Below are positions 53,509 through 64,000 of a DNA stretch of 64,000 nucleotides, piece by piece. This DNA is from Octopus vulgaris. Taxonomy: Eukaryota. The stretch lies in contig OX597822.1 of the NCBI GenBank assembly GCA_951406725.2, positions 16,058,001 to 16,122,000 of the forward strand, read 5' to 3'. Under the pieces are notes generated by a model. It was not told where the DNA came from. It saw only the letters and a program-made list of their open reading frames with translations, and made no database searches. Position 1 is the stretch's first letter, and each line of letters begins with the position of its first letter. The position numbers were made by a program, and so were the translations under genes.

Positions 53509-53733
53509 AAGAAATTCAAACTCTGTTTTTTATGTTTTATTTATGTTCTTTATAATATTAATGTAGAGTATAGAATATATAGTATAAATAATATATATAT
53601 AGTAAAATGAAATGAAGTATTGATTGTCTTATTGAATAGATGAAATATTGAATATCATATATTAAGGGACTAGTATACTTTCTTGCATTTAAGCAGTCTT
53701 CAAGGTCCCTCGTTGTGACAGGAGTGTTTCAAC

Positions 53734-53821
<88 letters not shown>

Positions 53822-53867
53822 ATATATATATCCTTTTATATATATATATAAGGAGATATATTTATAA

Positions 53868-53902
<35 letters not shown>

Positions 53903-55745
53903 TTCAAATTACCAGCCATACATGTATTATAACTATTGAGTTTTATTGCCAATTTATTTTAATTAATTTCTACCATCGATTTACATTTTCATAACAATTC
54001 ACAATTTTATTTGTACAAAATTATCTGCATTTTAAAGACCTTAGTAGCGGCGTTTATTGATCTACAATCATTGTAGATGACTGTTTATTTTAACTGGTTA
54101 TGCTACTTAAAGAGAAATAAAAGGAAAATTATGTAATATTATTAAGAAATTGTTAGAAATTATGCATACCACTACAGTCTTTAAGAAGCATTATATTTCT
54201 TTTATTTCGTTTGTATATAGTATTTGAGTGATAAAAATAAGATACAATTAACATATACTTCATTATGTAAGAATGCAAATATGCTTCATTTCATGCAGGC
54301 CCAGTGACTTTCAATAGATGTGGTTAATGCATATTTTGTTATCTTTAGAAGATAACTAAATCAGATCAGTCAATTTGTATTAAGAATATTACATCCGTAA
54401 GGTGGCTTGTACGTGTAGGTCATTATCTTGTACCAGAAAACACATCAGTTATGCAATAAAATAAGCGCAATAATTCCATATAATTCTGTTCTCAACACTT
54501 AGTTTAATGCGTCATCGTATTAATAATGGAATGTAATTCAATCAGAAGTGAAAGTAGACTAATAAATCATATGCTAGTTAAAATGTTTTCTGTTCGAATA
54601 CAGTCACATAATTTGAGATACTAAGAATCTTTCAACTAAAACGATTTTTATTGCTGTTGCGCAAGCGTACACAACTTCCTTTTGAATGTATAATTTTATA
54701 ATGATCTAAATGTTTAGCCAATCAGAATGATGTTAGTTTTGACGTGGACTAAACCACCGGGTCGTCGTTAATTCACGTTCTATTATCATCCTGAAATATC
54801 CCTTTGCAGGTTCATTCAAATAACTCTAATCAAATTAAAATAAAATCGAATAAAAATAAAATGAAATGAAAGCAAACGCGAATGAAATTCAAAAATATAA
54901 CCGCAGCATAGGAATTAGAATACAGCTGCCGCATAAACATCAAAGTAAGTATTGCGATGTAACCAAGTAGATGTCAGTGTTTGGAATTGTTTGCACTTGT
55001 TCAGTATTGAATCACTTAGGAACTGAATTCATTTCTTGATTTGATTTTGACTTACAGTGGCACTTTTCATTATGGGTGATGGAAACCAGTCTCAAGACGA
55101 CGAGAGCTTGTAGCAGGCTATGAGTGCACGTATTTCGCGAAATGTCAAATAAGAAAGCAAATGGGAAAGAGAGGGCGTTTACTACTTGCTGGTGAACTTG
55201 ATAATTGATTGTGAAACGCTTGTCACATGGTGTCATTGAAGAAAACAAAATTATTTAATTGAGAACGCAAATATCGTTAATCACATTTCCAGAGCTGAGG
55301 CATCTCGGACAAACTGGAAATAGAACTATAACATACGAAATTACTTATTGGATAATTAAATGAATGCTCACAATTAACAGGGAAGAATATTTACAGATAA
55401 TTACATTCACCGTCAGGAATGAAAGCGCCTGCAACGAACTGCTGCAAGATAATTTAGGCGAAGAATGATTTCATTGAGGCATGTATCATTAAAAAGCAAA
55501 GTGGCTCTAATTTCTGTTTCCCATTTCAGATATTTCCCATAAACTCATGGAATATAGATTGAAACCACTTTAATGATTGTTGTCAGTCAAAATTAAAGTG
55601 TAATTTATTTTTCGATAGATAAAAAGCACCGGAAACAGAATGAGTGCGCATGATTCGTTTGGAAACAGATTTAATTTCCTCAAAGACTATTAAAATATAT
55701 TTCAAGTATATTTTAATTTCTTTTGAGATCATTTCAATTTATACA

Positions 55746-55826
55746 AGTAGCAGCAGCAGCAGCAGCAGCAGTAGCAGCAGCAGCAGTAGCAGCAGCAGCA
55801 GCTGCAGTAGTAGTAGTAGTAGTAGT
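55746..55826. repeat. (AGC)n-(AGT)n microsatellite
   Basis: Directly visible. Confidence 0.95.
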
Positions 55827-57117
55827 TTGTCCTTGTTAGCAGGACATGCAGAAGTTGGTAATTGAAATCAATTCGATGAGTTACGTAGCCTCTCAAGCTT
55901 CACTCTTCCTGGTAAAGCAACAACGAATTAGTAGCAAAAGCTGAGGACCAAAATCGGAAAGCTGTTAGAATAAAATCTGCTAAACACTAGAACAACGTTG
56001 CTCACTATTGAAATACATTAAACGAAATTCTCAAATCCGATATTTCCATCTGCTGACATACTTATAGCGTGTCTAAGATCAATTAAAATAAAAGGGTGTA
56101 ACTCTGAAACGGAACGCAACTAAAAACAGCATCGACGGATAAAATTATATTAATGCATTAACATGTCTAATCAGAACAGAACTTCTTGACAATTACATTT
56201 CCGATCTAGCTCATTACTGAGTAATTATTGATGATGACTTTTCGATTATAATCAGTGACAAACGTATTTATGGAAATTTAACGCAAATTAAATGATCCGT
56301 TGCTCTGATAGAGACCAAACTACATTCCACTCACTCACTTTCATTGGCAGGATTTTCTCTTGTTCTCTTTATAATTTGCTGATTGCATTAACAATAGGAA
56401 AGCTTTTGAGTTTTGCTAATATAAAATTTTATCTTTGGGGTAATATCTAAAATGTCCTTTCATATAATATTTGATGATTCTTTTAATATCTAAAATAATA
56501 AATTTTGGACGTAGCTTTGGTAATTTGCTCCATTATCTCCTGCATACTCATTAAGGATGTAATGATATACAGCCATATAAAATACTAATAGAATATTTAC
56601 TATTCAATGGAAATTATTTTACTCTTATTTATGTTTCATAATGTGTTTCCAAATGCTGCCATATCCATGTTGCGATGATGCCTTGCCAGATTCTTTACAT
56701 ATGACATCTTACACTTTTCAGCTACAAAGGTTAAGCTGTGAATTCAAATCCCACCGATTTTCTTTTTATCCTTCCGCTGATGCTAAAGTTAGTTTGCAGT
56801 CAAAAACTAGCTGTAAATTATTCAACTCCTCTTCTCTACAGAAAACTTTCTCGAAATGCAACCCTCGTAGAAATTATTATTCGTATAATTTACATTATTT
56901 TTTTAATTGGAAGAAATCTAAAACAAAAGGGTAGTCTGGCAACATATCAAGTATTCTAAGTTTGCTGAGCGCTTTATTGCATACATGCACACAAGAACAA
57001 TATATTTGTACTCTACAATTTATAGAACAACCAATCAGAGTAATATAAAGTGGTTTTTCTAATAATTGAACTTAAATACTCACACACACACGCACACACA
57101 CATACATACATACACAC

Positions 57118-57183
<66 letters not shown>

Positions 57184-57389
57184 CACGAAAAAGTTCAGTG
57201 AAATTCGTGAACGTAGGGTCAGTAGAACCAGTGGTAATCCGGATGGAGTGCTGGTATGGTATGTGGATGAGGAGAGCTGCTGAATGTTCGGAAAGTGATT
57301 CAGATATGCAAGTCCAAAGAGTAAGAAAATTCAGTCAGAATTAAACTTGGGTAATTTTTCTCATTTGCCTCTGTCTATTTCCTCTTATT

Positions 57390-57427
57390 CCTTTCTATTG
57401 AAGAGCGTAGTCTCGAAATGTAAAAGG
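57390..57427 (+). ncRNA. Degenerate hammerhead motif
   Basis: CCTTT-CTATTGA-A-GAG cgtagt CTC-GAAA-TG-TA-AAAGG: perfect stem I, mutated core. Confidence 0.4.
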
Positions 57428-57856
57428 CTTTTCCATTTTCCCGTGAGTCAGACTAAAACACTTGCTTGTTGTTCCTACACCTGTGTGACGCTAAGGAGCG
57501 ATGAACATGCAAATGGGAAACTTTGCGTATTAAATATCACTATTTGGTTTAACTTCATTATTACAAGTTGTGTGTGTGCTTGTATATATGCATGTATATA
57601 TTTGTGTTTATGGGGGGTATATACATATACATACATACACACACACATGTATATATATATACATATTCAGATTCCACAGAAGTTGGTTTTAATCTGCATA
57701 AGACTTATGTAGCAAAGTCGATAAAAAATTAGTAGTGACACGCATACATGCCTACATACATACATACATACATACATACATACATGCCTACATACATACA
57801 TACATACATACATACATACATACATACATACATACATACATACATACATACATGCA

Positions 57857-58163
57857 CACTTTCTCCTCGACTTACGATCTATGTGACTATTCCCACTTAC
57901 GACCACAAAAAATAAATACATAAGCAATCGATTTTCGGACGCTGGGCAGCTGCGCATACGATACCTATAGCAGCATCTGGCAATGCAGGCCTTGCTCAGA
58001 CCCAGGCATCCACTGCTTGCCACTGTCTCTCACTCAGTCGCGTTCAGGTATCAGTTGCGTTTGGATAAAAATAGTGTTGAAGAATATAAATCCGACATAC
58101 GATCAGATCGACTTACGACCTGTCAGGCGGAACGTAACTCGGTTGTAAGTGTAGGAGGTATAC
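57857..58163. mobile_element. Tigger/pogo-like MITE
   Basis: Ends CTCCTCGACTTACGA / TTGTAAGTGTAGGAG with internal CACTTACGAC/GACTTACGAC subterminal repeats. Confidence 0.6.
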
Positions 58164-58172
58164 AGAAAAACC

Positions 58173-58251
<79 letters not shown>

Positions 58252-58676
58252 TGACTGATAGACAGACAGATATTCAAAGCCCATCAGAAAGACGCTGGCG
58301 AAAACTAGGTCGTCCTTTAATCCCTTAAGTATGGTAAACGGAAACAAGAAACAAGTCTTGTTTTATTGTTTTCTTAAGTCATTACGTTTATATATTTGTT
58401 GTGCAAGATTTATGTGAAGTCATGTGTTGAAGCAAAGTAACACCAAATATATAGTGCGTGTGTTTTTATTGGCTAAACTGGCAAAATGACCAATCCGAAA
58501 TACAACAATGTTTTCTTAAGGTTTGTCATATTTTCTCATGAGAAAAAAATTTTTGCCTCAAACAGTTAAATCTGTCAATCCATTTTTCTTCCAACTCCAC
58601 CTTACTTTCTCGACGACGTGATTGATAATGGATTGCGTGGCTGCCTTTCACTGTTAGTCAGGCAGAATATGATATA

Positions 58677-59030
58677 GGCGCAGTCATGATTGTGTGGTAA
58701 CAAGCTTGCTTGCCAACCACATGGTTCCGGGTTCAGTTTCACTAAGTGGCACCTTGGGCAAGTGTTTTCTGCTATAGCCTTGCGTGTGGATTTGGCAGAC
58801 GGAAACTGAAAGAAGCCCGTTGTGTATATATGTGTGGGGGTGCGTCAATGTGTGTGTGTGTGTCTTTCTGCTTGTGTTTGTCTCCCACTTCCACTTCACA
58901 ACCTTTGTTGGTGTGTTTACGTCCCAGTAACTTAACGTTTTGGCAAAACGACCGAGAGAATAAGTGCCAGGCTTTTAAAAGAACATATTCTAGGACCAGT
59001 TCTTTCAAGTGCTGCTCCCGCATGGCCACA
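58677..59030 (+). mobile_element. SINE family B
   Basis: Homology to 17737-18163. Confidence 0.88.
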
Positions 59031-59159
59031 GAATTCTTTATAAGGCGGTTATTAAATGTTTTCTTATCCTGAATGGTATTTTGTTGTTCATTTTACTCTC
59101 TTACAATTTCTTCTTGTTCTGTTAAAATTCGGTAAAAGTGATCGGACGTATATATTTAT

Positions 59160-59359
59160 TCTTTTACTTGTTTTATTCATTTGACTGCGGCCATGCTGGA
59201 GCACCCACCACTTTGAAGAAGTTTTAGTCGAATCAATCGACGCCAGTGCATTTTTTAAAGCCTTGGACTTATTTTGCAGGTTCCTCTTCCGGAGCACTGA
59301 GTTACGGTGACGTAAACACACCAACACAGGTTGTCAAGTGGTAGCAAAGACAAACACAG

Positions 59360-59412
<53 letters not shown>

Positions 59413-59546
59413 CGACGGTCTTCTTTCAATTCTCATTTAACAAACTCATTCGTACTCACAAGGCTTTGATCGGCCCGAGCCTATAGTAGAAGACACTTTC
59501 CCAGGGTATCACGTATTGGAACTGAAACTAGAACCATGTGGTTGGG
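59160..59546 (-). mobile_element. SINE family B
   Basis: Homology to 17737-18163; tail-to-tail with the previous copy. Confidence 0.88.
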
Positions 59547-59984
59547 GCAATTTAACTGACCAACACATGGATTGTACAACATTCCCTTTTGTAGATGCGA
59601 GATTTGGTATCGATTATACTGCTTATTATTAATTGTAACATTTTACTCTGCCTTACTTTATGATCAGGTGGAATGCATGAGGTTTTCTTCTGTCATATAT
59701 CCTAACATCACTAAGAACATAATTCAAGCACACTAAAATTATAAATCATTTTGCGGCAAAAACTGAACAGACGCATACAAGACTGTGTTGTAGTCTTCAC
59801 TTGAGTATAAATCCATACGACTGAATTAACTATGACAAGTGGTGATATTGCTTTATACAACATTTATCTTTTTACGAGCTATACATTCTCAAATTGTATC
59901 CCGAAAGCAATTATGAATGAAAGAAATGTAATAAACTGGAATGCCAATATTAAATGATATCTTGTGGTGGTGACCAGGGAGAGC

Positions 59985-60372
59985 ACAGCGATACTTTGTC
60001 TGTGTTTAATGCAGAGTTGAAATTCCGCCGAGGTTGACTTTGCTTTTCATTTTTCCGGGGTTAATATATATATTTTTTTTATTTCTTTATTGCCTACAGC
60101 GGTCTAAACATAGAGGGGACAAACAAAGACAGATTAAGTCAATTACATTGACCCCGGTGCGTAACTGTTGTTTATTTAATCGATCCCGAAAGAATAAAAG
60201 ACAAAGTCAACCTCGGCAGAATTTGAACTCAGAACGTAACGGCAGACGAAATACTGCTGGGCAGTTCGCCCGGCGTGCTAACGATTCTGCCAGCTGAGCA
60301 CAAATATTGATGTTATTGAATTACCCTCTCCTCTGATCTTGCTGTCCTTGTGCCAAAATTTGATGCCAATTT
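59985..60372. mobile_element. Young SINE A (tail 1, minus, 60080-60297) nested antisense in an older SINE A (tail 2, plus)
   Basis: The old core at 59985-60065 continues at 60298-60372 (CCTTGTGCCAAAATTTGA). Confidence 0.8.
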
Positions 60373-61387
60373 TAAAAATCTTTTCACATGATCTTTTTAA
60401 TCATATCCTTACACTGAGGTAAATGCTTAGATAAGATAAGTAAATTTAATTAGTAGCGTTAGTTACAGATCTGTAGTAATAGAGGTTAATTATGTATAAA
60501 TGTTGTGTGAAAAATATATAGTTGAAAAATATGTTTAGATCACGGTGTATTAGATGATAGTATGTGCGCGATAAGAATAAAAAAAGGTGACTTTTATTGA
60601 GTAGGATACATAGCAACGGCAAGATGGAATAAACATAACAATTGGCATGAACGAGAATTATTTTGCGGATAATTTTATATAAGATGGTTTATGTTGTGTG
60701 ATGTAACGTGTTGCATTTTCTCCTTATTGCTTGAGTTCAGTTGCCCAGAGGAAGCATATGATTCACGTTCAGTGTTCTGTTGTTTAGGGGATTGCAAATT
60801 GCTATCAGTAAAAAAAATTATCTGTATATTCTTAGTTCCAATGCTATAAGGAGTGATCTTACACATCAAAGTAATCCATTGTTCTACATATCATGGAACT
60901 CTGCAACTTATTTCCTACATCAGTTACTTAAGAGATCGCATCGTATGAACTAATCTATTTAAAATCCTTTCCATATGTGTAATCAACATTAATGAGAGAA
61001 CATGAAACGATTCATATTTGCAAACACTTGTAAGTAATCGTTTTCATAGTCAGCGTTTATGTAATTGTATTATGCCTTCTTAATGTTAATTCACTCTTAA
61101 CAGATCCAAATCTCTTTCGCTGAATGCAAGTGTAAGCACTTCGCATGCAACACTTGAATCAGTGTGGTAAAGGCGTTAGACGATCACACACCCTAACACA
61201 AAACAGAAAGCAATAACCTAAGAATAAGATGACACTTTTGTTTCTAAATTCTAAATTATTTTATGTAATATCTAAATAAAATTATTGTCTCGATTAACAA
61301 AAATTTTCGCAATTAAACCTATGGATATGTGTGTGAGAGTGGGTAAAATACATACATACATGCCCTTCACACACATATATATATATA

Positions 61388-61760
61388 CCGTAAAATATAT
61401 TTGCCCAATAAATGTGGCGGTCCCATAGAGGACGATGTTACTGTTGTTTTTAATCCCAGGAAACATCTCCTCCAGCTGGCTAACGACACACTGTCTGTGT
61501 CCGCTTAGTATTTGCTAGGGGAGGTCATCACTCCTATCTCTAGTCTTACTTGATACACACAGACCCGGGTACTGGGTAGTTACCCGTCTTCAGCGTGTGA
61601 TAATCCCCAGCTGTGATAATCACCCGTGTGTTGTTAGCCAGGTGGAGGAGATGACTTTCTAGGTTAAAAACATTAACATCATCCTCTGTGGGACTGCCAC
61701 ATTTAGTTGTCAAATATATTTTACGATTCTGTACAGTTACTCTTTACCACTCAGAGATTT
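61388..61760 (-). mobile_element. Homolog of the 18.6-19.0 kb hammerhead element, as a divergent inverted repeat
   Basis: 61388-61492 is inverted to 61626-61727; minus strand 61599-61556 reads CACACG-CTGAAGA-C-GGGT aact ACCC-AGTA-CCCGGG-TC-TGTGTG. Confidence 0.75.
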
Positions 61761-61761
61761 T

Positions 61762-61793
<32 letters not shown>

Positions 61794-62003
61794 GTACGTG
61801 TATGTTATATATATATATATATATATATTTATTTATTATATAGAGGATCAGACTAGTCATTCAAGAGAAATCTTCAGGAATCTTCTGAAGATTTCTGAAT
61901 GAAACAGTACTAGTCCTGTAAACTCCTTCTATAATAAATTAATTTTACTCTGCTATGTATTAGTACCTTACTTACTGTGGTTAACCCGAATCAACCCGGG
62001 ACC

Positions 62004-62092
<89 letters not shown>

Positions 62093-62106
62093 ATATATAT
62101 ATATAT

Positions 62107-62158
<52 letters not shown>

Positions 62159-62596
62159 TATATGTACCATACGTTTTATTCTATTACACGAAGTAAAAAT
62201 TGCAATACTACGCTGAAGACGATAATAGATATTGCCAGTATAATTTATTTTAGGATATTAGTTTCAAAACGTTTTGCAACATTTTACAACAGCTTGGAAT
62301 TATATGAGCTGAGATGAGTTTCAGAAATATTTTAGTAGTTAGCAAATGTATTTAGCAAAACAAGCAGATCAAAAATGTGAAACCAAATGAAATTTCAACG
62401 CCACAGCGTTTAAAATAAATTCCATCTTTATTAATGGAAAACATATCGTTAATGGAAAACGTATATTTAACCTTAAACTGATCGTTTTTATATCAAAATA
62501 CTTTAATATGGCTTGAAGTAAAATACTCAGTTTTTGAGAAATATATCTTATTTACAAAGAAGTTTCCAATTTATATCCATTTAAGTTAAAATATAT

Positions 62597-63144
62597 TATT
62601 TTCTATTCTAGGCACAAAGCCGAAATTTTGTGGGAGGGGTCCAGTCGATTAGATCTACCCCGAAAGAATGAAAGACAAAGTCGACCTCGGCGAAATTTGG
62701 ACTCAGAACGTAGCGGCAGGCGAAATACATATTTCTTTACTACCCACAAGGGGCTAAACACAGAGGGAACAAACAAGGACAGACAAACGGATTAAGTCGA
62801 TTATATCGACCTCAGTGCGTAACTGGTACTTATTCAATCGACCCCGAAAGGATGAAAGCAAAGTCGACCTCGAAGGAATTTGAACTCAGAACGTAGCGGC
62901 AGACGAAATACCTATTTCTTTACTACCCACAAGGGGCTAAACACAGAGGGGACAAACAATGACAGGCAAAGGGATTAAGTCGATTATATCGACCTCAGTG
63001 CGTAACTGGTACTTATTTAATCGACCCCGAAAGGATGAAAGGCCAAGTCGACCTCGGCGGAATTTGAACTCAGAACGTAACGGCAGACGAAATACGGCTA
63101 CGCATTTCGCCCGGCGTGCTAACGTTTCTGCCAGCTCGCCGCCT
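62597..63144 (-). mobile_element. SINE family A trimer (183-184 bp period)
   Basis: GAAATAC at 62722, 62905 and 63089; outer TSD TTTAAGTTAAAATATAT / TTTGAGTTAAAACATAT. Confidence 0.92.
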
Positions 63145-64000
63145 TTTGAGTTAAAACATATCAAACCGCAAGAATGTATATCCCAAAATTAGTCAAACAA
63201 AACACATTTTGCTTCTTTTATTAGTGCTACTACAGCTATTTTGCTATGATGACCGCATGGAAACAGAGAGAAATGTGAGCAATCACGTTTGCTGCAGATT
63301 CAGGTTATTTCCTAGAAAAACCAATGTTCCAATGATTACAAGTATTGGCAATTTCGTCGAATGGTACAGCAATATTTGCGAGAATTACTGAAGGCAATGC
63401 ATCGCAGTGCAAGGTGAATGCAAAATAAAATATATAAAGCTGCCCATAAGTTAAAATTAGACTCGTTTGAAAGTTCTCAATTTAAACTTGTATTAGAAAT
63501 GCCTAAGAGGCTTACACGATTTTTGCAACTCACAAATTCATCGAAAAGAAACTTTATTAAGGCGAAATGGTGAGTAACAGACTAAATGCCTTTCACATCT
63601 CCCATTCGAGAGATGCTAATGCTACAAATCAATATTATTCGAGAGAAGTGTATAATGCTGGTTGAAGCTGATTTTAACTCGATTTCTAATCTCAGACAAG
63701 GAGGGTAAAATGTTTTGAAATGCATGATCATTACAATAGTAATCCGCCCATTAGTATGTCACACAGACCTAGTGTAACCAGGACTCCCTTTTTATCATAT
63801 GACTCTTTTTACAAACTAGATCTAAGCATGGATGGTTGTTAATAGTTTTATTCCACTACGAGCCATCACAAATTATATTTCGCTATTTGCATTTGAAAAC
63901 CATTTAATTGTTCTGTAGAGAATCATAAATTCAACAAAGTATGTTTTAATGAGAAATTGTATCACTTTTTCCTTTACAAATATTTCTTCGCATAGTAATA

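Noticed and set aside
62597-63144. Regularly spaced repeats as a CRISPR array
   Set aside because: Units are whole SINE bodies with no unique spacers; the context is eukaryotic with no cas genes

Overview
This is AT-rich eukaryotic intergenic or intronic DNA with no intact host protein-coding gene that I can support. The SINE families, microsatellite load and LINE spectrum look like an octopus (coleoid cephalopod) genome; that assignment is inference. Nearly all listed ORFs are microsatellite or SINE artefacts. The real content is four recurrent tRNA-derived SINE families (labelled A-D here), decayed LINEs (RTE x2, L1/Tx1, CR1-like x2, R4/Dong), a mariner remnant, MITEs and a probable Helitron end. 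The most interesting signal is a set of short non-coding elements from several unrelated families. They carry type I hammerhead-ribozyme motifs, some canonical and some with a compensatory U3-A8 core, and mostly sit in divergent inverted repeats inside or next to (TA)n or other AT-rich tracts, a Penelope-like/retrozyme-type architecture. A second theme is a Tx1 LINE found twice in (GATA)n. Its 3' tail is shared by SINE A, which forms fixed-junction tandem arrays. Coordinates were read by eye, so repeat boundaries are approximate.
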